A program made the translations under genes and the position numbers. The notes beneath the pieces are model-generated. The model was not told the DNA's origin. It was given only the letters and a program-made list of their open reading frames with translations, and did no database searches. From assembly GCA_019058295.1 (NCBI GenBank), contig JAHPZI010000021.1:105167-169166 (forward strand): DNA of 64,000 bases, in the 5' to 3' direction. The DNA comes from Promethearchaeota archaeon. GTDB taxonomy: Archaea; Asgardarchaeota; Lokiarchaeia; Sigyniarchaeales; SOKP01. Of this stretch, positions 35,601 through 44,435 are shown piece by piece. The first letter of the stretch is position 1, and each line of letters starts with the position of its first letter.

Positions 35601-36071
35601 AATTGCATTTGGCGAATTTTCATATATATTTCGATATTTCTCTTCTGATTCTTTTAATTTTTGTTCTGCTCTCTTGCGTTCTGTAATATTACGCCATATT
35701 GCTTGTATATATTTCTTATTGTGTATATTTATTGCCTTGGCACTTACATAAACATCTATTATTTCACCGCTTTTTGTTATTTGTTTCGTTTCAAAGAGAT
35801 CAGCTCCTTCTGTTAGAACTTTGAAAAAATGTCCCTTAACTTCTTCTGGTGTTTCGATAATTTCAAAGGCTGGTATCTTAAGTTTCTTAAATTCATCACG
35901 TGTATAGCCTAAGTTTTTATATGTTACATCATTGAAATCTACTAGTTCTCCTGTCTCTGGATCGATGAGTACAATTGAGTCTGCTGCTTGTTCGAATAAA
36001 GCGCGATATTTTATTTCACTATCCCTTAATAACTCATCATCATCATTTTCTTCATTTTTAGAATCGTTCAA
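32691..36071 (-). CDS. Multi-PAS (about 8 modules) sensor histidine kinase
   Basis: Repeated ITERKKAEQKLKESEEKYR linkers. H-box LFAHDISNILQNI. HATPase_c with FNGIKYN, DNGIGV and GMGLGL. Confidence 0.9.
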   Translation of the reverse strand: MNDSKNEENDDDELLRDSEIKYRALFEQAADSIVLIDPETGELVDFNDVTYKNLGYTRDEFKKLKIPAFEIIETPEEVKGHFFKVLTEGADLFETKQITKSGEIIDVYVSAKAINIHNKKYIQAIWRNITERKRAEQKLKESEEKYRNIYENSPNAIALLDFTGNIIDCNSGTETIFGYSRDELIGQNYLQLPFYSESMINVLKERFQAITKGGGIKPQELEVKRKDGEIARIKSDIANITIRGENFFQAIIQDITEQKKAEEKLKESEKNFRDIANNANDCIFIGMGEGKIVYANERASEVTGYSIDELLKLNIKNLLHPDEINKVMERFKKRIDGKPTLAKYETILLKKDGPNVCVEINAAKTEWKGEPADLAILRDISDRKKTEQKLKESEESYRLLFEKSPIGIGVVSPGKVLKMNSVLQEITGYSKEEVNMVGIQNTYVSNEQRSELFQILSEKGFVRDFEVELRRKDNSTFTALLNMDSIGEKDENTYLSIMRDITERKKAEQKLKESEKKFRAIFEALPDLFFLVAADTTILEYSGKMEELYIPPEEFLGKKAIEILPPEVGRVSAEHIKKAINSKEQQIFEYKLQMKDGIHYYEGRFLYFSENKVVMFIRDITERKKAEQKLKESEEKYRMLVEKSLQGICILQEVQIIFANKALSNILGYSVDDLLSMSKEEVISLIHPDDREFVLNRHKERLKGKPVPPNYQFRIIRKDGTPRIVEIYASLITFNNKPAVQEIFIDITEQKNAEENLKESEEKYRTMSERYEMLLESITDGVYAINRDWVYTLVNKLAEKLVNMPRDNLLGHKITDVFPGIEQTPFFKTYEDVMNSRIPNRVRDSFNLPNGHIGHYEVSVYPITEGILCIARDITEEVVAEQKLKKSEEDFREAYERAEFYKDLFAHDISNILQNIQSSLGLLSMWENKPEKINKINELMIIINDQLIRGSKLVSNIRKLSEITETVSPLEKVDGIQILKEAKGFIHKSLPNKDINIAIESQIKEVKVNANQLLLDVFENILFNGIKYNENKRIEIFVKISREFKNGTNYAKFEFIDNGIGVPDVMKEHIFKGISDRKEKTHGMGLGLLLVKRVLSEYNGDIWVEDKVKGDPSQGSNFIILIPELI

Positions 36072-36326
36072 ATTTATTCCCTTTTTTTCATAATTTTATT
36101 TTTTTTAATATTATTTATTCTCCTTAAATCTTATTTCATCTCGAAAATTTATACTTTTGTTTTAACAAAAATAAGAAACTTAAATAGAGGAGATTTCAAA
36201 ATGAAAAAAAAAAAGAAAATATACCATCATCACAGTTATTCTCATTATTTTAATTATCCCAATTCTTATTGGAATATACAAAGAATATCTGTTTGTAAGA
36301 GCTTTATTTTTTGGTATAAATTAAAA

Positions 36327-37136
36327 TTAAACAGTTATAGTTGTGCAATTATCATTATTAAGAGCTTTGATAATTGGATTCTCTCGTAGACCAGAAGCGA
36401 TAATTACTTGCTTAATTCCTTCACTGGCAGATTTTAGGGCGACAACAACCTTGGTTTTCATACCTCCAGTTACATTTTCAAGGATTAATTCAGAGTTTTG
36501 CCTATTTATATGATTAATAAGGTTCTTATTTTTATCTAATACTCCATCTACATCAGTTAAAAGGATTAGTTTATCTGCTTTAGTCGCTACTGCGATTGCA
36601 TCAGACATTCTATCACTATCACCACCAACAATCTCATTATCTTCGCTGATAGCAACAGAAGCTATAACTGGGATATAATTTTTCTCCCAGAGAATTTCGA
36701 TTAATCTGGTATTCACTTTAGTTGGTTTCCCCGTGTAATTATCCTTAAGCTTTCTTTTACCATTCAAAATAACCATTGCTTTTTTAAATCTTTCAGCTAT
36801 TATTAGACCCCCATCTACTCCCGATATACCAACAGCCGGGAGATCCTTAGCAAGCATTTCTTTTACAAGGCGTTTATTATTTAGGCCCGCAACCACCATA
36901 ATATAAATATCTCTGGTTTCCTCGTCTACATAACGAGCTTTGTAACCTTTCGTAGAGTGAGTAAAAATCTGGGGTTTACCCATCTTTTCAGCCACAGCTG
37001 TAATTACATCAGCTCCAGCATGACATAAAATTAATTTCTTGTTTTCAGCATGTAGTTTTACTAAATCTGAGATCAGAAAATCTAGGTTTTCCTTTACTAA
37101 ATCTCCTCCCACTTTAATAACAATCTTTTCTGACAT
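36327..37136 (-). CDS. lysZ: Amino-acid kinase family, [LysW]-aminoadipate/acetylglutamate kinase (LysZ/ArgB)
   Basis: IVIKVGGDLV, HAGAD and the LTDVDGVL...TGGMKTK motifs are typical of ArgB/LysZ. Confidence 0.8.
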   Translation of the reverse strand: MSEKIVIKVGGDLVKENLDFLISDLVKLHAENKKLILCHAGADVITAVAEKMGKPQIFTHSTKGYKARYVDEETRDIYIMVVAGLNNKRLVKEMLAKDLPAVGISGVDGGLIIAERFKKAMVILNGKRKLKDNYTGKPTKVNTRLIEILWEKNYIPVIASVAISEDNEIVGGDSDRMSDAIAVATKADKLILLTDVDGVLDKNKNLINHINRQNSELILENVTGGMKTKVVVALKSASEGIKQVIIASGLRENPIIKALNNDNCTTITV

Positions 37137-37157
37137 CTTTCTTAACTTCCTTTTCTA

Positions 37158-38354
37158 TTATTCTAAATTGCTAACAGCACATTCCACAATTCCACGAGCT
37201 ACTTTACCTTCGCTAAATACATGTGTTAGATCCCCAAAATCAATGGTAGCATTAGCTTCACTCGCAAAAAGATTTGCCTTGCTAGTTCCATCAATAAGCA
37301 ACTCTTTTATTTCATGATAGATCTCTAATTTCATATACCTATCCATATCTGAATGGAATTTTTTATCTTTGGCTTCAAAATCTACTTTAAATCGTTTTTT
37401 CATGTGAGTCAATTTGAATTCTTCCGAACTTTTTAGTTGGTTTCCAAGATCTCTTATATTATTTCTTAGATCTATATCATCGGAATTAACTAATATATCA
37501 ATGCCTAAAAGTATGCCCCGATCTTTAACCCCATCCAGTTTAGTAGCACCGTCTAACACAGACTGGCACATTTTAAATGAGAAAGTTTTTATTCTATCGG
37601 AGATTTCGAATTTAACTGAAGGGTTACCTTGAGAGGTGTTTGCCACGATACATTCCTTCATTGGTATTCTAAATAATGCGGCAAAGATTTCTAAAGGTGA
37701 ACCTTTCTTTTTACCAACGACGACTCTAATATCAGCAATATGAGACTTATATTGTTGAACATATAACCCCCATGGATTTGCAAGGATTCTCTCATCTTTA
37801 AATAAATATTCATCTAATTCTTCCCGGTTTTTAAGAAATGTAACCCTCCAGCCTCGACCCCCCCCAGTTGGTTTAATTACAACGGGATATTCAAACTGGC
37901 TTTCAATTGTATCTACAATTGATTTTCTAATCTCTCTAACTTTCAATCTTGGATGATTTGTGATAGGAATCCAGATTGTTGGTGTTGACTGAATCCCCGC
38001 TGCTTCAAAGCATGCAGTAGTCAGTGTCTTATTATCGCAAATATTTGTAACGGAGGGATTATTAAATAATTCATACCCATTGAGAGTTAACATTGGCTGA
38101 ATATAATTAACTTGAGACATTAAGCCTATTCGGTTAATAATGACTGAGTCTTTTTTATAGCTCTTTATAGGATTCAGCAAAGACCAACCCTTATCTTCCA
38201 CAGAAAATATTTGATGTGAGTATCCTAAATCCTCTGAGGCTTGTTGAATTCTTTTAATTTCTAACCAATCGCTTCTATATCCCGATAATATTATTATATC
38301 CGGCATTTTAGATGTCTTAATTTTTACTTCAGTTGTACTTATATAAATTGACAC
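37158..38354 (-). CDS. ATP-grasp ligase, RimK/LysX family, with a C-terminal extension of about 110 aa
   Basis: YPVVIKPTGGGRGWRV, the ADIRVVVG pattern and adjacency to LysZ support the call. The probable start is the Met at 38306 (MPDIIIL). Confidence 0.65.
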   Translation of the reverse strand: MSIYISTTEVKIKTSKMPDIIILSGYRSDWLEIKRIQQASEDLGYSHQIFSVEDKGWSLLNPIKSYKKDSVIINRIGLMSQVNYIQPMLTLNGYELFNNPSVTNICDNKTLTTACFEAAGIQSTPTIWIPITNHPRLKVREIRKSIVDTIESQFEYPVVIKPTGGGRGWRVTFLKNREELDEYLFKDERILANPWGLYVQQYKSHIADIRVVVGKKKGSPLEIFAALFRIPMKECIVANTSQGNPSVKFEISDRIKTFSFKMCQSVLDGATKLDGVKDRGILLGIDILVNSDDIDLRNNIRDLGNQLKSSEEFKLTHMKKRFKVDFEAKDKKFHSDMDRYMKLEIYHEIKELLIDGTSKANLFASEANATIDFGDLTHVFSEGKVARGIVECAVSNLE

Positions 38355-38507
38355 TTACTAAAGAAATTTATGCAATTAAGAAATGAATCCTCATCGAATG
38401 TCAAAATTGAAAAATTTCTTAGAATTATAAATATTAAAATTTCTAACAACTTTTTTAAAATTCAAGCAATTAAGTAGAGAAAAAAATTATTATGAGGTTT
38501 AAATAAT

Positions 38508-38783
38508 ATGGAAGTAATAGAATGGGTGTTTATCATCTTATCGTTTATTGCTTTTTATTTTTTCATTGGTAAAAAAGCAAGCAAACCCAGTTTTAGGATA
38601 ATAGGTTTTATTTTATCAGTCATTATTGCAATTCTTATCACAATTTTTAGTTTTTCCATTGGAGTTTTGAGCCTTGCTTTTATCAACCTTTGTTATGTAT
38701 TCTTAAATGGATATGGAATATTTAACTGCTTTAAAGAAATAAAATCAAATCGCCAAAATTTTGAAAAACAGGAAATCAAATAA
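38508..38783 (+). CDS. Small membrane protein (3 TM), unknown function
   Basis: Hydrophobic ORF only. Confidence 0.4.
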   Translation: MEVIEWVFIILSFIAFYFFIGKKASKPSFRIIGFILSVIIAILITIFSFSIGVLSLAFINLCYVFLNGYGIFNCFKEIKSNRQNFEKQEIK

Positions 38784-38976
38784 GTAAAACGTAATTTATC
38801 ATTTATCATTAAATAACAACCTTTATTTAATGAATAAAGGTATAATCTTTTTTTTAAATCATAATCATCATATTTAAAAATAGAATTTTCTGTATAAAGT
38901 TAGAAAATTAATTTTTATAAAAATTAGAAAAAATAATTGGATTCCCACTAAGCTAATAAAAAAATTCTCTAAAACT

Positions 38977-39750
38977 ATGTCTATAAAGAATTTGGAACAG
39001 ATTCTTGAAAATGAATTAAATAAAATATATAAAAGAATTCTTGCTAAAAAAACCGTTAGGATTTGTATATATACTTTTTTTATTATATTTTACCCGGGAA
39101 TTGTTTTGGCAATTACAATCGCAGATGTATATGGTCCAGAAGGATATAATATATTTAATAATTATATTAGTGATCTGGGCTCAATTAGATATACTCCTGC
39201 TCCATTTATTTTAGATGTTTTATTAATAAGTACCTCAATATTATTAATTCCTATTTTTCTTTATTTAGAACAAATTATTGTTTCAGGCCCTAATCTTAGT
39301 AAAAGATTTTTGAATACTTCAATTTTTATAAAAATTTTAGCTAGAATTGGTAAGATCTCCTTTATATTAGGCTCTATTGGGTTGCTGGGTGCTGGTATTT
39401 TTAATGAAGACTTTTCACCATTTAATATACACATTATTACAGCAATATTTTTTTTTGGAGGTTATTTTATTGGTGCTTTTTCTACTGGATTAATAATTTT
39501 ATTAAAAAAAGTAATAATCCCAAAAGCGATAGGTTATATTATGGTATTTAATTCAAGTGGAATTTTTATTTTATATGCATTTATAAAGGTAACATTTATT
39601 ACCTATTATTTTATTGAATGGTGTCTATTCTTAAGCATACTTATATGGTTTGTTCCAATTACAATCATAATATTAAGATATCAAGATAAAAGTATTAAAA
39701 AAAATTCATTAACAAATAGGGAAAAGAAAAAAAATTTCGAATGCAAATAA
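38977..39750 (+). CDS. Polytopic membrane protein, unknown function
   Basis: About 6 TM segments. I recognised no motif. Confidence 0.45.
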   Translation: MSIKNLEQILENELNKIYKRILAKKTVRICIYTFFIIFYPGIVLAITIADVYGPEGYNIFNNYISDLGSIRYTPAPFILDVLLISTSILLIPIFLYLEQIIVSGPNLSKRFLNTSIFIKILARIGKISFILGSIGLLGAGIFNEDFSPFNIHIITAIFFFGGYFIGAFSTGLIILLKKVIIPKAIGYIMVFNSSGIFILYAFIKVTFITYYFIEWCLFLSILIWFVPITIIILRYQDKSIKKNSLTNREKKKNFECK

Positions 39751-39789
39751 TCTATAAAATAGGAAAATATTACAATTCGATTTCGCAAA

Positions 39790-40794
39790 TTAAGATTTTA
39801 TGAATGAGTTGATTATCTTACTGTGATTATAACTACTTCCTATCTTATTTAATGAGGCTCCATTTAGCTGCTGATAAGTTATATTATTTATTTTCATTAA
39901 CTCATTAATCCTTTTTCTTAAAGTACCTTCAGTAATTAGAGCAGCTTCAGATAAATCTTTTTGCAAACTAGTATCTCCATTTATTTTTGAAGATATATAA
40001 AGTGCTGCTGCGGTGAATCCTTTTGGATCCTTTCCTAAAAGTTTAAATTGGTTTTTTTTACTATTTTTTAATATTTTTAAAGCAACATTTCTAGTTTTCA
40101 TTGATAAGTTTAGATCCTCTTGAATTCTGTCAATATATAGTTCAGGTTCAATGTGCTTAAGTTTAATATCCAAAATGGGAAAAACATTTATATATATAAT
40201 TTTAAGACTCCTATAGAGATCTTTCTTTGATAGTTCTGAATCTTGGATAATTTCTTCCAAAAAGATTGGAAGTTCATACAACCGAATTGCACTATATACT
40301 GAAGCAGATAATAAACTTAAGATACTTCTCCCTTTAGTTAATTTTAATTTTAATGCCTGCAGATATATTTTTAAAGCTTCACTTGAAACAAAGCTAGGAA
40401 ATTTCAATTGGTTTTGTAAACGGTAGAGTATTGGTAAAGCAATATTTAGATTTCTTTCATATCCATTAATTAAATCCCTATTAATTTTAGCTAATCTTTC
40501 ATATTTCAGTTTATTTTTAGGTCTTAAATAATTTCCTAATGCATCTTTATAAGAGGTTAATAGGGTTCTGGGTCCAATTCGGCTATATACACGTTCATTT
40601 ATTTGTCGATTTTTTTTTTCTTCTTGAGTATGGGCTCTTATCCCAGAAAGATCTATTATTCTTGAAAAAGTTGTTCCACAATTTGTGCATGTATAGTATC
40701 CTTCAGTACTAATAATATTTGGAGCTTCACAGCAATTTTCATTCAATTCATCAGAAAAATCTAAATAATTCAATCTAACAGTATTAACAAGCAT
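39790..40794 (-). CDS. Divergent TFB/TFIIB-like paralog
   Basis: Zinc-ribbon-like CCEAP...CTNCG. Cyclin-repeat signatures (GRSILSLLSASVYSAIR; PKGFTAAALYISSK). The C-terminal helix GTLRKRINEL is also present. Confidence 0.75.
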   Translation of the reverse strand: MLVNTVRLNYLDFSDELNENCCEAPNIISTEGYYTCTNCGTTFSRIIDLSGIRAHTQEEKKNRQINERVYSRIGPRTLLTSYKDALGNYLRPKNKLKYERLAKINRDLINGYERNLNIALPILYRLQNQLKFPSFVSSEALKIYLQALKLKLTKGRSILSLLSASVYSAIRLYELPIFLEEIIQDSELSKKDLYRSLKIIYINVFPILDIKLKHIEPELYIDRIQEDLNLSMKTRNVALKILKNSKKNQFKLLGKDPKGFTAAALYISSKINGDTSLQKDLSEAALITEGTLRKRINELMKINNITYQQLNGASLNKIGSSYNHSKIINSFIKS

Positions 40795-40799
40795 TATTC

Positions 40800-41309
40800 T
40801 TAAAAATCACCATAAATTTTTTTAGTATTAGAAGTGCAGATACACCCTCTAAATTTTAAATCCACCGGAAGTATTAAATCATTCAAGATATCTAAAACTA
40901 TTTCCATTGATACAAAATGAATTATTGGATTAGTCCTAAAATGATAATTTACAATCATATCAAGCTCTTGGATTTTAGAACCAGCAATTAATATTTGAAA
41001 ATTTCTCAATCCACTTAATCTGAAGGCATAGATCATATGAGGACATCCTTTAATTATTTCAGTTATTTTGTTTGGATATTTTGTTTGAATATTTACATTT
41101 GCGAAATAAATATTTGACTTTTTTAAGTTTAATCCTGCTTGGTAATCTAATATACCAATATCTACTAATTTTTTGATTCTTATTCCTACAGTAGGTTGAC
41201 TTCTATGGACTTTTTCTGCAATTTCATTGTGAGTAATATTTGGATCACTCTGAATAATGGTTACTATCATTTGATCAATATCATCAATTTTCATACTTTT
41301 ATTTAGCAT
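40800..41309 (-). CDS. Lrp/AsnC-family transcriptional regulator
   Basis: The HTH DDIDQMIVTIIQSDPNITHNEIAEKVHRSQPTVGIRIKKL is followed by a RAM-like domain. Only 5 nt separate it from the downstream TFB paralog. Confidence 0.75.
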   Translation of the reverse strand: MLNKSMKIDDIDQMIVTIIQSDPNITHNEIAEKVHRSQPTVGIRIKKLVDIGILDYQAGLNLKKSNIYFANVNIQTKYPNKITEIIKGCPHMIYAFRLSGLRNFQILIAGSKIQELDMIVNYHFRTNPIIHFVSMEIVLDILNDLILPVDLKFRGCICTSNTKKIYGDF

Positions 41310-41339
41310 TCTTTTCTCCTTATAAATGGTTAATAAATT

Positions 41340-41531
41340 CTACTTTTCTGAAAGAGAAGCTATATAAATACTATTTGAGAGCTTAAATCGTTCGATTGCC
41401 GTGTCCTTTTCCCTTTTTTTAATATTATCAAGAGGGGTTTTTATGATAAATTCGATATCTTCTAAATAATAGTCGATAAAGTACCTTTTCTTTGTTTTAT
41501 CAAATTCAATATAGCTTTTCATTAATTTCAT
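41340..41531 (-). CDS. Hypothetical small protein
   Basis: ORF only. First gene of the putative Lrp-TFB operon. Confidence 0.3.
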   Translation of the reverse strand: MKLMKSYIEFDKTKKRYFIDYYLEDIEFIIKTPLDNIKKREKDTAIERFKLSNSIYIASLSEK

Positions 41532-41571
41532 ATTTGTTTAAAATTTTTTTTGAGTGTTATTAATAAATTAT

Positions 41572-41618
41572 AATATTACAATATTTAAATATTGCGATTA
41601 TAAAATATTACAATATTG
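41572..41618. promoter_or_regulatory. Candidate operator: 16-bp perfect palindrome CAATATTTAAATATTG (41579-41594) overlapping a 14-bp direct repeat AATATTACAATATT (41572-41585 and 41604-41617)
   Basis: Read directly in the divergent region between 41531 (-) and the ArsR gene at 41743 (+). Confidence 0.35.
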
Positions 41619-41742
41619 AAAAATTATAAATATTCAAATTTATATTTAAATAATAGATATTCTGATTATTCATTAAGGAAGAAACTATTATCGTGTTAAT
41701 TGATCTAATTTAATTATATAAACATACTATAAGTCTTTAAGA

Positions 41743-42078
41743 ATGAATGAATTAACTAAAGCTACATCAGAGTTTTTAAAAGCATTAAGTGATCCAATTA
41801 AATTAGAAATTATTAAATATTTAAAAAATGGTGAAAAATCAGCTAAAGACATTGAAAATATACTAAAGATTAGTCAATCATATACATCTCAACAATTAAA
41901 ACAATTAGAGAGAGCAGAGATAATTTTACATAAAAGAGAAGATGGTATAAAAATGTATTTCATTAAAAACACCAATATTTATCGTGTTATCTCAACAATT
42001 AATTCATATATAATTGAACAACATAAAAAGAAATTTCAAAAGTTAATAGATTCTGATAATATTGAGAAATTAAAATAA
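41743..42078 (+). CDS. ArsR/SmtB-family winged-helix regulator
   Basis: LKALSDPIKLEIIKYLKNGEKSAKDIENILKISQSYTSQQLKQLERAEII is a typical ArsR HTH. Confidence 0.8.
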   Translation: MNELTKATSEFLKALSDPIKLEIIKYLKNGEKSAKDIENILKISQSYTSQQLKQLERAEIILHKREDGIKMYFIKNTNIYRVISTINSYIIEQHKKKFQKLIDSDNIEKLK

Positions 42079-42115
42079 TAAAAAAACCTTAAATCCCCTA
42101 TTTTTCATATCAATT

Positions 42116-42658
42116 ATGTCGAAAAACATTAGACGCCCCTTTAGAAAAATTTTAGTGTTAGGTCTTGACAATAGTGGTAAAACATCAGTAGTGCTTAATT
42201 TTATTGGGAAAATTAATTTAACTAATTTTATCACTCCAAAAGCAACGGAAAAAGTGAATATTGTTAACTTTGAAAAGGATAATTTTAAATTTGAAATATT
42301 GGATTTTGGAGGAAAAGAAGTTTATAGAAATGAATTTCTAAAAAAATTTAATGAATATATTACAGATACAAAAGAAATTTTTTATGTAATTGATATTCAG
42401 GATTATGAAAGGTATGATCTCGCATTGAATTTTTTAAAAGAAATAATAAAAAGGTTAAACTCAATTAATTATGAGATAGAATTTACGTTTTTTCTTCATA
42501 AATTCGATAATGATATATTTAACCTCACCCCCAATATAAATGATGAGCTAATTGATGACTTAGTAGAGAAAATAAAAAATATCGTACCTTCTGACGAATT
42601 TAATGAAATTTATAAAAGTACAATATATACTGTTTTAGATAAAATTCATGTATATTAA
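42116..42658 (+). CDS. Arf/Sar-like small GTPase with substituted catalytic and guanine-specificity residues
   Basis: KILVLGLDNSGKTS compares with Arf GLDAAGKTT. G3 is LDFGGKE (Arf WDVGGQD, Gln replaced by Lys). G4 is LHKFD (NKxD, Asn replaced by His). It is collinear with Arf1 over about 170 aa. Confidence 0.75.
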   Translation: MSKNIRRPFRKILVLGLDNSGKTSVVLNFIGKINLTNFITPKATEKVNIVNFEKDNFKFEILDFGGKEVYRNEFLKKFNEYITDTKEIFYVIDIQDYERYDLALNFLKEIIKRLNSINYEIEFTFFLHKFDNDIFNLTPNINDELIDDLVEKIKNIVPSDEFNEIYKSTIYTVLDKIHVY

Positions 42659-42778
42659 TTTATTTGCTTTATTTTTTTTAATTTTTCTATATTTTTTAAC
42701 CAATATCTTTAAAAACAATTACTTTTAGTTTAATAATGTTAATCAGCGTAATCAAATAATAAAAAAAGATCATATAAG

Positions 42779-44056
42779 ATGTCCCAAAGCCAATCAAACC
42801 GTAGAGAAATTAAATTTTTTGATCAAAACAGATTATTTAATCATATAAAAAGATTTAGTTTTCCTCGATTAGCAGGAACTAATGGAGAACAAAAAGCTGT
42901 TAATCTAACTATTCAGTCCTTTAAAGAGCTGGGATTTAAAGAAAATCAAATTATAGAAGAAAATTTTAGATTTTCTACTTTTTATTCTGTCATTCTTATT
43001 AAGATAATTATAGTAATGAATATAATTATGATTTCGCTTTTATTCCTAATAAAATATATTTATCCTTTTCTTATTTTTATAACATCAATATTATTGCTTA
43101 TTATTTTTTTTTCAGTAATAAAAGTCTTTAAACATCCTGAATTAAGGGGTTTCTGGGAAAGGCATTTTGGAAAAATAATTTCTGCCACTAATGTGTATAC
43201 AAAAGTTCCTGCTATTAATTCATTTAAAGTAGATCCTGGTGATATTATCATTTCAGCACATTTAGACTCTAAATCTCAATCATTCAAAACTATTTGGAGA
43301 GTAATTTTATTTAGGACGTGGTTATTTAGTGAGATTTTACTAATTTTATCTTATATAGCTCTAATAATTGATTTACATAGTGATTTTGAATCATTTATTA
43401 TAGGAATTCTTACATTTGAAGTAGTGATAGTGGTTTCAACAGCTTTAGTGATCTCTTCAAATTTTATTTTGTTATTTCTGAATTTAACAAATAAATCATC
43501 TGGGGCTTTAGATAATGCTAGTGGAATGGCGATTGTCTTTGAATTGAGCCGGTACTTTATTGAGAATCCTCTGAATAACTTTACTTTATGGTTCTGTCAA
43601 TTTTCTGCAGAAGAAATAGGGACGATGGGATCAAGGAATTTTGTTGATACACATGAATCATATTTTAAAAAGGGTCAAACCTTTCAAATTAATTTTGATA
43701 TGGTCTCGGCTTCAGATAACAAACGAAATATATTAGAATTCATCAAATCATATGGTATTTTTCCTCGTAAAAAGATTTCACCTATTCTCCATAAATATAT
43801 TCAAGAGTCTTCAGAATTGGAAAATATTAATGTTGATAAGTTTCATGTTTCGGTTGGAGCCCATACTGATTCGATTCCATTTCATCTGAGAAAATTTGAC
43901 TCGGTTGATTTTACAACCCGAGCTGCAGCAAAATATACTCATAGCACAGAGGATACCCCTGATAAAGTAGATCCTTTAATATTATCTCAGGCAACTAGAA
44001 TTGCCCGAAGAGTGATATTACTACTTGATAATGAATTTAATTTTCAAAAGATTTAA
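42779..44056 (+). CDS. Membrane-embedded M28-family metallopeptidase
   Basis: ISAHLDS, GALDNASGMAIVFEL and FSAEEIGTMGS are M28 zinc-ligand motifs. Several TM segments are inserted. Confidence 0.7.
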   Translation: MSQSQSNRREIKFFDQNRLFNHIKRFSFPRLAGTNGEQKAVNLTIQSFKELGFKENQIIEENFRFSTFYSVILIKIIIVMNIIMISLLFLIKYIYPFLIFITSILLLIIFFSVIKVFKHPELRGFWERHFGKIISATNVYTKVPAINSFKVDPGDIIISAHLDSKSQSFKTIWRVILFRTWLFSEILLILSYIALIIDLHSDFESFIIGILTFEVVIVVSTALVISSNFILLFLNLTNKSSGALDNASGMAIVFELSRYFIENPLNNFTLWFCQFSAEEIGTMGSRNFVDTHESYFKKGQTFQINFDMVSASDNKRNILEFIKSYGIFPRKKISPILHKYIQESSELENINVDKFHVSVGAHTDSIPFHLRKFDSVDFTTRAAAKYTHSTEDTPDKVDPLILSQATRIARRVILLLDNEFNFQKI

Positions 44057-44103
44057 TCTTTTTTATCAAAACATATATTTTAAATAATTAATAATTTTGC
44101 GAG

Positions 44104-44418
44104 ATGGAAAATAATAAAATGAAGAAAGATATTGAAAATTTGGTTTTAAATTGGTGTGAGAATGATTTATCAGATAGAATTAATAAAGAAATTAAAAAAG
44201 GATTTACTGTTTTAGATGCTATTGATAAAGCTTTCGAAGAATATAACCTTGAAGACGAAATTATATTAAAATATGAACTTGCTGTTGAAAAGAAAAATAA
44301 TAATAATTCTAAAAATTTAGATTTGACATATAATCAAATTAAGAATTTTAAAGAAAAAATAAAAAAAAGAATTTATAATAAATATATAAATCAAATAGAT
44401 AAAAATTCGAAAAAATAA
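44104..44418 (+). CDS. Hypothetical K/E/N-rich protein
   Basis: ORF only. Confidence 0.3.
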   Translation: MENNKMKKDIENLVLNWCENDLSDRINKEIKKGFTVLDAIDKAFEEYNLEDEIILKYELAVEKKNNNNSKNLDLTYNQIKNFKEKIKKRIYNKYINQIDKNSKK

Positions 44419-44435
44419 TTCTCAAAAACCATATT

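Noticed and set aside
36201-36389. 62-aa ORF (MKKKKKIYHHHSYSHYF...) with a GGAGA upstream
   Set aside because: It overlaps the 3' end of the LysZ gene on the opposite strand and is low-complexity with no motif. It probably lies in the shared terminator/promoter region.
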